The notes: generated by a model from the sequence alone, not told the origin. Shown: positions 11,723-23,954, counted from the first letter of the stretch. The stretch: DNA of 64,000 nucleotides from Octopus vulgaris (GCA_951406725.2 OX597820.1:8866001-8930000); one strand, 5' to 3'. Program-made: numbers and translations.

Positions 11723-12264
11723 CTGTGAATAAAGGTTAAAGGTGAAACTTCAAAAACTATCACAGCAAATAAGTTTGCCATAGAGCCAGCAACAGAACAT
11801 AAAGTATGGCACAATCAGAACTACATCAGACAAAATATTTCGCAGTATTTAGTTACAACGTTTTATGTTCTGAGTTCAAATACATCCAGGGTCAACTTTA
11901 CCTTTCATCTATCCAGGGTGAGTAAATTCAACTACAAATCAAGTACTAAGGTTGATAAAATTGACTGCTTCCCTCCCAACAAATGGTCCTGGTTGGAATA
12001 TCTTGATCATAAGTCTACCTTGAAAGTTACCTGGGACTAAACAACAACAATCCTGTGACAGACCAGCATCCTGTCCAGGTGGGGTTACCTATACACCAAT
12101 GAAACTGGGAAACTGGCACTTATGAGCCAGGCATGGCTCAAGAAGGTACAAACAACAAACAACAACAACAGTCATTGTACACACCACACACGATCTTTCT
12201 ACAGCACTACTATTACTAATACTACTACTACTACTGCTACTACTACTACTACTACTACTACTAC

Positions 12265-12920
12265 ATCATCATCATCATCGTTTAACGTTCACTTTCCATG
12301 CTAGCATGGTTTGGACGGTTTGACTGAGGGCTGGCGAACCAGATGGCTGCACCAGGCTTCAATCTTGATCTGGCAGAGTTTCTACAGCTGGATGCCCTTC
12401 CTAACACCAACCACTCCAAGAGTGTAGTGGGTGCTTTTTAAGGTGCCACCGGCACAGGGGACAGTCAAGCAGTACTGGCAATGACCTCGCTCAAATCTTT
12501 TTACACATGCCACTGGCACAGGTGCCAATGAAGAGACGTTGGTAATGATCACGCTCGAATGGTGCCCTTTTACGTGCCACGGGTACGGAAGCCAGTTGGC
12601 TGCTCTGGCAACGATCATGCTCGGATGGTGCTCTTAATATCCTACTAGCACAGGCACAAGTGCCAGTAAGGCGACGCTGGTAACGATCATACTTGAATGG
12701 TGCCCTTTTATGTGCTACTGGCACAGAAGCCGGTTAGCCGCTCTGTCAACGATCACACTCGTATGGTGCTCTTTGCAACCCGCTAGCACGGATGCCAGTC
12801 ATTGAATTGATTTTGATTCTGATTTCACTTGCCTCAACAGGTCTTTGCAAGCAGAGTTTAGTGACCAAAGAAGGAAAAAGTATGCATAAGCGGGCTGGTT
12901 ACGCTCCCGGCATAGGCCAC
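12265..12920 (-). mobile_element. RTE 3'-UTR-derived repeat (family C) with (GAT)n tail. Over 20 copies, e.g. 1880-2300, 5086-5620, 13518-13841, 24410-24737, 29050-29412, 32346-32830, 41225-41761, 42790-43176, 44980-45372, 52188-52644, 57417-57925, 58469-58836, 61933-62262, 63570-63803
   Basis: Same sequence family as the 3' UTR of the RTE at 50127-50732 (GGTTGGCGTTAGGAAGGGCATCCAGC...CATGCTAGCATGGAAA.CGGACGTTAAA(TGA)n). Confidence 0.92.
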
Positions 12921-13402
12921 CCATATACCAAAAGACATTCTGTTCTCCACTCTATACACCACTGAAAAGGATTTGACTATCACATCACTTACACTACAGC
13001 ATGTCCTCACTTCTACCTGAGAGCATCCAAAGCAAATAGCCACTACCTGAGCCAATGGAAGAGTGTTTATGTGGTAGCTCTGTCTGTTAAAAATAGATGT
13101 AGCATCCTCATTATTTTACATCCATTTCCCATGCTGCTATTGATTGGACAGGTAGACAGGTCAGCAAAGACCAAGTCAGTTCTTACTTGAAATTATTGCC
13201 TTCATAAATGGATCAGTGAATCACACCTCAATCTCATGTTTCATTTTTGGTTAGGCATCTACAGCTATATGTCCTTCCTATCAGCAACCATTTTACAGCG
13301 TACTAAATGTATTTTAATCATATCACTAGCAATACTGAAGTTGCTGCAAGTGTGTGTGTGTGTTGCATGAGGCTAAGAGTGTGTGCATGAGTGTGTGTGT
13401 GC

Positions 13403-13460
<58 letters not shown>

Positions 13461-14182
13461 GTACCAGTTAAAACCAGTGTTGTGTTTATATGCTGTTACT
13501 TTATGTCGTGTAATAGTCATCATCACCATCATCATTTAACGTCCGCTTTCCATGCTAGCATGGGTTGGACGGTTCGACCGGGGATCTGGGAAGCCAGAAG
13601 GCTGCACCAGGCTCCAGTCTGAGCTGTCAGTGTTTCTACAGCTGGATCCCCTTCCTAACACCAACCACTCTGTGAGTGTAGTCTGTTCTTTTTACGTGCC
13701 ACCAGCACAGGTGCCAGGCGAGGCTGGCAGCGGCCACGATCGGATGTTGCTTTTTACGTGCCACCGGCACAGGTATCACAACTAAAATTTCCATTGATTT
13801 TTGATGTTGATGTACTCTACTCAATAGGTCTCCTCAAGCACAATAAAATAATACACGAGTGAAAAAAGTATTGGCGTTAATAAAATCGACTGAACACTTG
13901 AAACCAATTGCTCCAGCATTGCCACAGTCCAATCTCAGAAACCAATAAAAGTGTATATAACAAGATATTAATACACAACAACAACAACAACAAAAAATGA
14001 TGATTGATCAATGATAATAGTTGTTATAACTGTTGATAATATTAACTATCAATTTTATAGTAAACATTGTAACAGTAGGAGGCAAGGTTGCCATTTAGTC
14101 CGTTACATAACATTAATATTTACGGAGATGTACTTGCATAGCAAGTGACGTGATCTGAGATCGTGTGCTGGAACGAAAACAA

Positions 14183-14416
14183 TTGCAGCGTGGAAGGTGT
14201 TTATAAGCCATTTAAGAAACACACAAAAACCGTTAGATTCGCTTCAACATTTAAATTTAATTTGCCAAAATATTTTCATCGCCTTGAGACCGCGACCTGT
14301 TCACTCAGGTCTCAAAGCGACGAAAATATTTTGACAAATTAAATTTAAATGTCGAAGTGAATCTAACGGTTTTTGTGTGTTTCTTAAATGGCTTATAAAC
14401 ACCTTCCACGCTGCAA
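14183..14416. repeat. Inverted repeat with 109-bp arms and a 16-bp spacer
   Basis: 14183-14291 pairs with 14308-14416 with a few mismatches. Confidence 0.9.
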
Positions 14417-14497
14417 CTGATGACATTAATAGTTATAGATGTAGTAGTAATAACCGTATCATGTGCGTACTTTATGACCGTAATCGTTACAGTACAA

Positions 14498-14532
<35 letters not shown>

Positions 14533-15534
14533 CATGTATGTATTATGTATATATGTATGTACGTGTGTGTGTGTGTGTGTTACTGTGTATTTTAGTGCAA
14601 AAGAATATGGTAGAAAAGATTTTTGTTCTTAATATATATTTCTTTACTGTCCACGAGGGGCTAAATACAGAGGGGACAAACAAGGACAGACAAAGGGATT
14701 AAGTCGATTACATCGACCTCAGTGCGAAACTAGTACTTTATTTATCGACCTCGAAGGATGGAAGGCAAAGTCGACCTCGGAGGAATTTGAATTTGCTAAA
14801 TATAGTCATGAGTGTCGTAATGTAATAATAAGAATAAGAATATTCGAGTTAGGTTCATAGTACGGAATGGTAGACCGATTGTCACCGACGGACTGTCTGT
14901 GTTGTATTTATCGTCCGCCATCTGGTAGATTTTACACCATCCAATCCGTCATTCCTTCCTTCCCACCCTCTTATTTTCTCTTATCTTAAATATTGATTCC
15001 GCAGAACGTGACTGTAAACAATTCTATCTGAATCGACTACACTTATATGAATAACAATACCAAATTATTTACAACCAACGAGATCGCTAACATCTGGTTT
15101 AACAACACATCTCACCCAGCGGTGGTCTGCACGGCAAAAGATTCATCGTCTGCTAAATTTCACCCCCATAGGCTACTCGAGCAAACTTGTCAACAAACGG
15201 TCGTTAATTGTAACCAGAAAACACATTATTAAACCAGCACATACATTAATTAATTAAGCTGGAAATTAATACTCGGAAGCTAGAATTTCATTTGTTTCTT
15301 TCCTTCTTTAGAAACAAGTGGAAGATGTAAACGATATTTGTTGAATGCATTGACGCGATCATTTTTCTGTCAATCAATCGATACACGTGTGGGTGTTAAA
15401 GAGAGAAAAATGCAACATAAAAATGAAGAGAAGGGGAGAATTAATTTATCGATCGTTTGAGTTTCATCAAATATTATGGACAGTTCGAAACACGAAATAT
15501 TACACGGTGGTGGGAGTTATAAAAGTCATCTTAC

Positions 15535-15582
15535 ATCGCTGCAATTGTCTTGCTTCGTTCTCCCAACTTCCGAGGCGGCCAT
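15535..15582 (-). CDS. Unidentified divergent gene, putative coding exon 1 (MAASEVGRTKQDNCSD)
   Basis: agaATGGCC start context, 16 codons, then a consensus donor GAT|GTAAGA (phase 0) in unique sequence. Confidence 0.6.
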
Positions 15583-15919
15583 TCTGAATCTCAATTTGCA
15601 TTTCTTACTCTGAAACCTTTCACATTTTAGTACCAAATATATCTTTCAAAACACATCAGTATTTAAAACTAACAGATTTTAAATAAGATACATCATATTT
15701 TCTATCATAATTATATTCGTATTTCATATTCTTTTTATTTCAATAAAGATAATACTAATCTATGCAAAAATTCCATCACTGTGTTACTGTTTGACAGTAG
15801 TTTCCGGTTCCGGTAACGACACGCAACATTTTGTTTTGCTGGATGTCGTCTTCTTGTCGGTTTTTCTAGGTTTTTAGAATTATATATTATTTATTTGTCT
15901 GTTATACTATATTATTGTC
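15583..15919. promoter_or_regulatory. Bidirectional promoter between WDR83OS (+) and an unidentified minus-strand gene
   Basis: Repeat-free island with two ATGs 338 bp apart, head to head. Tandem ETS-like TTCCGGTTCCGG at 15802-15813. YY1-like ATGGCCGCC over the minus-strand start. Confidence 0.65.
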
Positions 15920-15987
15920 ATGTCTGCTTCAACCGTTCCGTCTGTCAATAACGCCCATGATCCAAGACGACCTAACAAAGTCACACG
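15920..15987 (+). CDS. WDR83OS: WDR83OS/Asterix (PAT complex subunit PAT10), coding exon 1 (MSASTVPSVNNAHDPRRPNKVT-R)
   Basis: ATG at 15920. DPRRPNKV matches the Asterix N-terminus. Ends CG|GTAAGC (phase 2). Confidence 0.95.
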
Positions 15988-16380
15988 GTAAGCCTCAGAT
16001 ATATATTTAAACATGGGGAGATCCTTCGTGATCTTCGTGGTCGCTGGTCTTGCCATTTTTAGCCTTAATCTCCGTCTGCCGGCCTTAAAAAAAAAGAAAA
16101 ACACGAAGGATACATTAGATAATGCAGTGTTAGCTTTATATATAAAAAAAATGGAATCGATCATGTTTTCTTAATCAGGGTTGACCTGGGACGAAAGCGC
16201 AACTAGAAAGAGGTGTGAGGCAAATTTACGGCAGAAAAGTATTATTAACGCCCTGTTTATGAGTACCCTTATTGTCTTGGTATTTTTGACTGGCACCAAA
16301 TTTGCTTTATTTCTCCTTATCTTCTCTGCTTTATAACTCTGTGATGTTTAAATATACGAAAACAAATTCAGACATAACTA

Positions 16381-16780
16381 TAACTACAGATTTCTGCCCC
16401 TACCCCCGACTTTGGATGATCATAACTCAGAAAAATGGATATTTTTTTTAATGAAATTGTCTACGAATATGTGTTATATCATGTAAATTTCGAATATACA
16501 AAACTTGGGTGGGGAGTGTTTTAGGAGGAATTTCGTAAAATTCACCGGCGTCCACTTCAATTCGTTTTAACTTTCAAGAAAATGGATACTTTTTTTTAAA
16601 AAACTCTCTAATATACCTCGGACTATGTAGATTCCGAGAACATAGGAATTTTGGGGGAATCAACATGATATAACACATATTCGTAGAAAATTTCGTTTAA
16701 AAATATCCATTTTTTTGACAGTTATGATCATCCAAAGTCGGAGGTGGTGGACAGAAATCTGGGTCAAAATAGCTGTAGTT
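16381..16780. mobile_element. MITE-like element with about 100-bp inverted arms
   Basis: 16381-16485 is reverse-complementary to 16664-16780 (ccgactttggatgatcataact / agttatgatcatccaaagtcgg). Confidence 0.65.
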
Positions 16781-16789
16781 AAGCCCAAA

Positions 16790-17742
16790 TTTATGCAGTT
16801 TGGTTTTGTGCCAGGGAAAAGCACCACTGATGCTATATTTCTGGTAATATAGCTGTAGGAGAAATACCTAACCAAAGATAAACCTCTGTACTTGGCTTTT
16901 GTTGACATGGATAAAGCCTTTGACAGGGTCCCTTGATCAAACTAGGGATAGACGAGTCATTGGTGAGAGCTGTACAAGCCATGTACAGGGATACTGTTAG
17001 TAAGGTGAGGGTTGGCAAAGAATATAGTGAAGAATTCAGGGTACAAATAAGGATTCGCCAAGGATCAGCCCTCAGTTCCCTCTTGTTCATCATAGTCCTC
17101 CAGGCAATAACAGTGGAATTCAATGCTGATGACCTTGTTCTTATAGCAGAACTAGAAAAGAAGTTTCGGGTGTGGAAGCAAGGTCTAGAATCAAAGGGTC
17201 TTAAAGTTAACCTAGAAAAACCCAAGTCTTATTAAGTGGGAAAGCAGACAAACCACAAATCCCTTCAGGTAGATGGCTCTGCTTGATCTATAGAAAAGGC
17301 GTAGGTAGAAACACCATAAGATGTGCCGGGTGTAAGCTTTGGACACTTAAGAGGTACAACAATATCAAGAAGGTTAACAGGGAAGATAGTTTTTGTATAC
17401 AGAAAATAGATTCTTTCACATGCCAGTGGGGAAAACTAGTAGTCGATAGCTTCTGTTACCTAGATGACCAAGTCAGAAGCAGGGGTGGATGTTCCGAGAG
17501 CGTAGCTGCTAGAATAAGAATAAGCTGGGCAAAGTTCAGAGAGTTCCTACTTCTGCTGGTAACAAAGGGCCTTTTGCTCAGAATGAAAAGCAGACTGTAT
17601 GATGCCTGTGTGTAAACAGCCATACTACACGGCAGTGAAACATAAACTGTGACCTTTGAGGACATCTGTAGGCTCATAAGAAATGATGCTAGTATGCTTT
17701 GCTGGATGTGTAATGTCAGTGTGCATGCACGACAGAGTGTAA
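16790..17742 (+). mobile_element. Degenerate RTE LINE RT fragment in WDR83OS intron 1
   Basis: Same family as the 48792 ORF (MQFGFVPGKSTTDAIF...WAKFREFL), with stops and deletions. Confidence 0.9.
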
Positions 17743-18139
17743 TCCACCTCAACAAATTCTGTCTGATGCAACACAAGTAAAATTCAATGAAATTCATTTG
17801 CATTATATTTGCATTCAGAAAACGGTGGTGACTAAATGACAGGATAGGTTGCAGCTGGATTGTCTTTGATTTATAAACCTGTTCAAGTAGGACTGACTAA
17901 TGGTAAGATAGCTTGTCCTGTATTTTCACTCCATTTTTATCTTCGTTATGAGGTTTGTTAACAACAGCAATGATGATGATTGTATGAGGTGAAGGGAGGG
18001 GGGGATATAGACTTCCTACACTTATACTAAATCTGTTTCAATCCTAAGCTTAATTTATTCTAATCCATTCCAATCTGATTGTATGAAAGAATCCCATTTA
18101 TTTTTAATGGTTTAATTAAACTGAAGGGAGTGTTAACAG

Positions 18140-19147
18140 TTCTATATTTAAGAGATGAGCAATTATTTACAATTGACGGATATTTGTCCTCATCTTGTTA
18201 ACACGTTTTAGCTGATATACACCCTTGGGGAAATTTTGAACCCGGGTTCTCATTCCTAAGGTATTTTTTTATGTTGTTATTATTATTGAAGGGCATCCAG
18301 CCGTAGAAACACTGCCAGATCAGACTGGGCCTGGTGTAGCCTTCTGGCTTCCCAGACCCCAGTTAAAACAATGATGATGATGATGATTATCAATCAGGTC
18401 ACTGCCTTGAATCGAACTCAGAATCTTGGGGTTAGTAAACCACGCTCTTAACCCCTACGCCATATGCCTGTGGCCAATTATGGAGTGAATTTTAGGGCTT
18501 ATAAATCTAATATTCTCCTATCCTTCCTGAATACCGGTTCCCATATGCTGCTCTAATTGCACTCAGGCTGCTTAGGAGGTTATTGTGTCCAAGCATATGT
18601 GCTGCTTCTTTTAGTTTTCATATTTTCTAGTAATGTTCTCTGTCTATTATTTTAACTTCATCCCTCAGGGGGAGGTGGTCTCCATTTTTCCATACATGAT
18701 CAGCTATACCCGATTTATCAATATCTCCTCGTGTCACAGCTTTGTAATGTTCCTCTACCCTTATTTTGAGGTGGCGGCATGTTTTGCCTTTGTATAACCT
18801 ACCACAGCTGCATGGGATGGAGTACACGCAGTCTTTGGTCATATTCTCTTCTGTTGGTTGTTTTACTCGAACGAGATATTTGCAAAGTGTTGTATTACTT
18901 TTGAATACTGTCCTAATGTCATATGGGCCGCATATCTTTTGTATCTTTTCGGAGAGGCCTTTCACATAGGGGTAGACAGACTGTGGACAGTTTATCGGTT
19001 TCATCCTCTCTATTCTTCATAATTGGAGTGGAGAGTATGCTTTTGGGGTAGTTGTTGCTTAACAGATCTTTATTGAGCTTGAGCATTTCTTTGTGGTGGG
19101 TATCATGATCAATACTTATATTCATTGCTCGATGTTTAGACACTGAG
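18140..19147 (-). mobile_element. PLE 3' fragment with GIY-YIG endonuclease
   Basis: PYVKGLSEKIQKIC...CVYSIPCSCGRLYKGKTCRHLKIRVEEH...SGIADH matches the PLE GIY-YIG domain. Confidence 0.88.
18394..18470 (-). pseudogene. tRNA-like head (A/B boxes) embedded in the PLE 3' region; not an intact tRNA
   Basis: TGGCGTAGGGGTTAAGAGCG...GAGTTCGATTC. The acceptor stem does not close. Confidence 0.5.
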
Positions 19148-20057
19148 CAATCTTTCTCTCTCTCTATATATATATATATATATACATATATATACATGTT
19201 TGTGTTCATTTGTCTTGACTGCATTTTTTTTTCAGATAATGTGTCTAAGACCACATTATCAAATGTATCTGTCCTTTCATTTAAAGATTCTGGTGTAATT
19301 TGGAGAGGACTCAACTGCTATTTCTAGCCTGTCAATCAACCAGCTGGTTCATCAATACTAGTTATAAGCCAGCTGTGTCTGTACCATTCAAATTACATAC
19401 ATTACAGATAGATGCATTCTGTATTTATTTCATATAAGCCAGAAGTAGCCTCTACTCAACCCATTAGAAATAGCAGCCATACATTCCTCAAATCACTCAA
19501 CTGTCTAAGAACAAAGTGGTACAACAAAAAATTTACAACTATTGTTTGATGCGACTCTTTACTTATAAACAAAATACAACTAAATAGCCATAGTTGGAGT
19601 GTCTTTCATCATAGAGCTGATTGTTCGTAAGACTGACCAAAGGTTAAAGAATGACAGCATTCGTCATTATCATTTAACGTCCGTTTTCCATGCTAGCATG
19701 GGTTGGACAGTTCGACCGGGGTCTGGTAAGCCATGGAGGCTGCACCAGGCTCTAGTCTGATTTGGTAGTGTTTCTACAGCTGGATGCCCTTCCTAATGCC
19801 AACCACTCCATGAGTGTAGTGGGTGTATTTTATGTGCCACCGGCACAGGAGCCAGAGCAGGCTGACAAATGGCCACAATCGGTTGGTGCTTTTACGTGTC
19901 ACCAACACAGATGCCAGTCAGGCAGCACTGGCACCTGCCACGTTCAGATGATGCTTTTTACGTGTCACCGGCATGGGTGTCTTAACTACAATTTCCATTA
20001 TTTGTTATATGTAAATTTTGATATGCTTCATTAAGTTAATTGCTAAATTTCTTCCAG

Positions 20058-20157
20058 GTACAAGTCCCCTCCCAGTGGTGGACCAGTTGATGACCCCACC
20101 CCAGATTATATGAACTTACTGGGTATGATATTCAGTATGTGTGGACTAATGATGAAA
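20058..20157 (+). CDS. WDR83OS: WDR83OS/Asterix coding exon 2 ([33 protein letters not shown])
   Basis: Acceptor ttcttccag and donor AAA|GTAAGT. Phase 2 to 0. Contains the conserved [21 protein letters not shown]. Confidence 0.97.
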
Positions 20158-22012
20158 GTAAGTAACACATCTACAATTTCAGGCTTTGTTTCATGTTTAT
20201 TGTTGTTGTTTGAGAGATAGAAGTGATGGCCGAGTAGCCCCAGGTTAGCCAATCTTCCCTGTTACATCCTATCTTCACCTAACTGATGACCATCCCCATG
20301 CAGAGAGAATTCATGTGGGATTTAGTATGATAGTTGGGACATAGAGCACTCTTCCCATTGCCCAGTCTGTTTCTCTTGGCCAACAAATTCTGATAATGGT
20401 TACCATGGAGACAGGCGAAGTGGACACAATCAGAGCTGGTGGTGGGGTATATCCCAGCACAGCATATAAAGCCAGGAAGACAACTGGCATTGAGGATGTT
20501 TTAGGGTAGATTGCACTGGATGCAATTGGTCTTATAAAGCCAGTTCTGCATTGGCTTGGACTGGAATGGGTCCTGTACCAGTGAGTGGCACAAAATCGGT
20601 GAAAGGATCAGAATATGTGCTGCGGTGTCTTTAGTTACACTGGAAGCAATGTCTGGTAAAACAGAAGATGAGTGATGAAGACACGGGTTAAGAGAATGCA
20701 TTGTATGGTAAACCGGAAGAGAAATTGACTGGCATCCTGAGTTAACCGACACTGTTGTCAGGTGTGATTGTGTGGTAAGAGGCTTGCTTCCCAACCACAT
20801 GGTTCCAGGTTCAGTCCCACTGCCTGGAACCTTGAGCAGATGTTTTCTACTATAACCACGGGCCAACTAAAGGCTTGTGAGTGGATTTGATCGACAGAAA
20901 CTGGAAAAAAAGCCTGTGATATTAATTTATATATCTGTCTTTGTTTTTGTTTGCTACCAATAAAATAAATACCAGGCTTTAAAAAATCCTGGGGTCAATT
21001 CATTTGACCAAAATTCTTCAAGGTGATGCCCAGCATGGCCACTGTTTCATAGCAGAAACAAGTAAAAGATCATTATCATAACCAGAGCGAGGTTGTTGCC
21101 AGTGCCGCTGGACTGACCCCTGTGCAGGTGGCACGTAAAAAGCACTATTTGGGCATGGCCATTGCCAGTACCACCAAACTGGCCCTCATGCCGGTGGCAC
21201 GTAAAAGCACCTACTACACTCTCAGAGTGGTTGGCGTTAGGAAGGGCATCCAGCTGTAGAAACTCTGCCAGATCAGATTGGAGTCTGGTCCACCAGACCT
21301 GTAAAATCATCCAACCCATGCTAGCATGGAAAACGGATGTTAAATGATGATGATCATCATCATCATCATTTAACATCCGTTTTCCCATGCTGGTATGAGT
21401 TGGATGATTTGACTGGAACTGGTAAGCTGGAAAGCTGTAGCAGGCTTCAGTGTGGTTTGGCTTGGTTTTTGGATGCCCTTCCTAGTGCCAACCCCTCCGA
21501 GACTGTAGTAGGTACCTTTTACGTGTTACTGGCACATTTTACACATCACCAACACTTAGTCACAACTATGATTCCATTTGGCTTGGTGTGTCTTCTGAGG
21601 CACAGCAAATTGCCAACGGTCTCGATCACTTGTCATCACTTCCATGACACTCAACATCTCATATCTTCCTGGATCTGCCTCTTTCATAGGTTCCCTCCAC
21701 AATTAGACACCAGCACTTCTATATGCTGCTGTCCTCATCCATATGCATCATATGACTATACCAGCACAGTGTTCTCTGTTGCACACCACATCTGATGTCT
21801 TTTATACCCAATTTTTCATTGAAGACACACTGCCATTGTGATTAAAAAGAAGAATTTTGTCACAATAGCAGCAAATTTGGAGAAGGGGATGAGTTGATTA
21901 CATTGACCCCAGTGTTCAACCGGTACTTAATTTATCAACCCCAAAATGATGGGAGGCAAAATCAACCTTAGCGTAATAATAATAATAATAATGATAATAA
22001 TAATAATAATAA

Positions 22013-22174
22013 ATGCCCTGATGCAGTACCAGGCAATGCCCTGATGCAGTACCAGGTAAATGCCCTGATGCAGTACCAGGCAATGCCCTGATGCAGTACC
22101 AGGCAATGCCCTGATGCAGTACCAGGCAATGCCCTGATGCAATACCAGTAAATGCCCTGATGTAGTACCAGGCA
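22013..22174 (+). repeat. Tandem array of 7 units of about 23 bp (ATGCCCTGATGCAGTACCAGGCA)
   Basis: Read directly; minor unit variants. Confidence 0.95.
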
Positions 22175-22708
22175 GTGGCTCTCATGGCTTCTGATCTTAA
22201 CTGTTTGGAAGTGTTATCATGTACATTGTTTTGTCTTGGTATAAAAGATGGGCTACAGCAAATATTCTGCTCAATACCACAGATTTGCTTGTCAGTTGTT
22301 TGACCATAACCAGTTGAGCATGTCCCTTAGTGGCTGACGATATGTGCATCTCTGATCACGAGCAGAAGTAGTGGGGGAGCATCATAGCCATGTGTTGAGA
22401 GGGATTCTTTGGGGTTTGAATAATTCACCTCTGGAAACATGGGTGGTTCTTTCAACATCCTTAAACAACCCTTATTCAGGGACCTTTTGAGCGGGATGGG
22501 CTACTCAACCTCAAGAAAATTCTAACTGGGCTCCACCTGTAAGGTCATGTGCTATTTATCTTGATATGAGATCACCATGTCGCGCACATATGGTTGTGAT
22601 GCATGTGCCTGGTGTACCTTTATCAGACGGGTAGTCATGATGGGTATATTGGGTTTCGTATATTTTACCCCAGTGTCACTTTGATAGCATGCACTGCTCT
22701 TTCACTCA
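22013..22708. mobile_element. Non-coding interspersed element inserted in an (AAT)n tract in WDR83OS intron 2
   Basis: (AAT)n on both sides (21975-22012 and 22708-22730), GC-richer body, left end tandemly reiterated. Confidence 0.55.
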
Positions 22709-22758
22709 ATAATAACAATGATAATAATAATGGGTTAACGTACTATTTTCTTTTCCAG

Positions 22759-22856
22759 TTGAAATGGTGTGCCTGGGCTGCAGTCTATTGTTCTTTCATT
22801 AGTTTTGCCAATTCTCGTTCTTCAGAAGATACCAAACAGATGCTCAGCAGCTTCAT
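22759..22856 (+). CDS. WDR83OS: WDR83OS/Asterix coding exon 3 ([33 protein letters not shown])
   Basis: Acceptor ttttccag and donor AT|GTAAGT. Phase 0 to 2. Near-identical to the vertebrate Asterix sequence. Confidence 0.97.
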
Positions 22857-22940
22857 GTAAGTTCTCTCACTGATTCTTAATTCACACTTGCAGTTGTCTG
22901 TATTCTTTAATGCTAACCATTACTGACATACACCGTTCAT

Positions 22941-23331
22941 GGTGGAGGCGCAATGGCCCAGTGGTTAGGGCAGCGGACTTGCGGTCATAGGATCGCGGTT
23001 TCGATTCCCAGACCGGGCGTTGTGAGTGTTTATTGAGCGAAAACACCTAAAAGCTCCACGAGGCTCCGGCAGGGGATGGTGGTGATCCCTGCTGTACTCT
23101 TTCACCACAACTTTCTCTCACTCTTACTTCCTGTTTCTGTTGTACCTGTATTTCAAGGGGCCGGCCTTGTCACTCTCTGTGTCACGCTGAATATCCCCGA
23201 GAACTACGTTAAGGGTGCACGTGTCTGTAGAGTGCTCAGCCACTTACACGTTAATTTCACGAGCAGGCTGTTCCGTTGATTCGGATCAACCGGAACCTTC
23301 ATCGTCGTAACCGACGGAGTGCTTCCATCCA
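22941..23331 (+). mobile_element. Second copy of the same tRNA-head SINE in WDR83OS intron 3
   Basis: Highly similar to 11255-11642. TSD ACCRTTCATG with one mismatch. Confidence 0.85.
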
Positions 23332-23954
23332 TACCATTCATGTTTTGTATCCATTTCTCCATAGGGGCCTCGGTTACATGAATATATATGTTCAGTTATT
23401 CATTGATGTTATTTAGCTCCAGGTCAATCTTTGTTCTGCAGACTTTTGATCAAAGCCTCTGTAACCATGACCATCTTGTCCTTTTTCAGATACAAATTAT
23501 CTCAGATTATATCTGCTCTTTCGTTTTCTTAAAGAGAAGGCTATAATTCATGAGAAATTTTGCTGCTATTTCTAGCAGTGGCCAACTTGGAGCTGGATAA
23601 ACAAATATGTGGTTACTTAAACTACAGCCTACCATCTAGAAAAATGAAGCAATACATTAAGGAATGTAATCCAGGGCACACTGTGTCTAGATGGCCATGG
23701 TTGGAATGTCTGCTCAACCAAAACCTAAATAATAACACAGCTTGAGCTAAATCTATCATGAGGTTTTATTCAATACATGACAGTAACAAAGGCCAATTAT
23801 ATTGCGAATATTCTCTGGAAAGGCATGAATACCCCCACAATCTCCTATTTTAGTTTTCTATAAATTTGTTTCGTTTCTCATCAGAAATGATTCACTTCCG
23901 TAAAACGGACTAAGGGAGGGAACTGCAGTATTTCGTTAAGAACACTGCTGAAGA

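Noticed and set aside
14886-14921. Alternative first exon MADDKYNTDSPS on minus
   Set aside because: The start context is good but the donor GTGACA is weak. It could equally be a YY1 motif.
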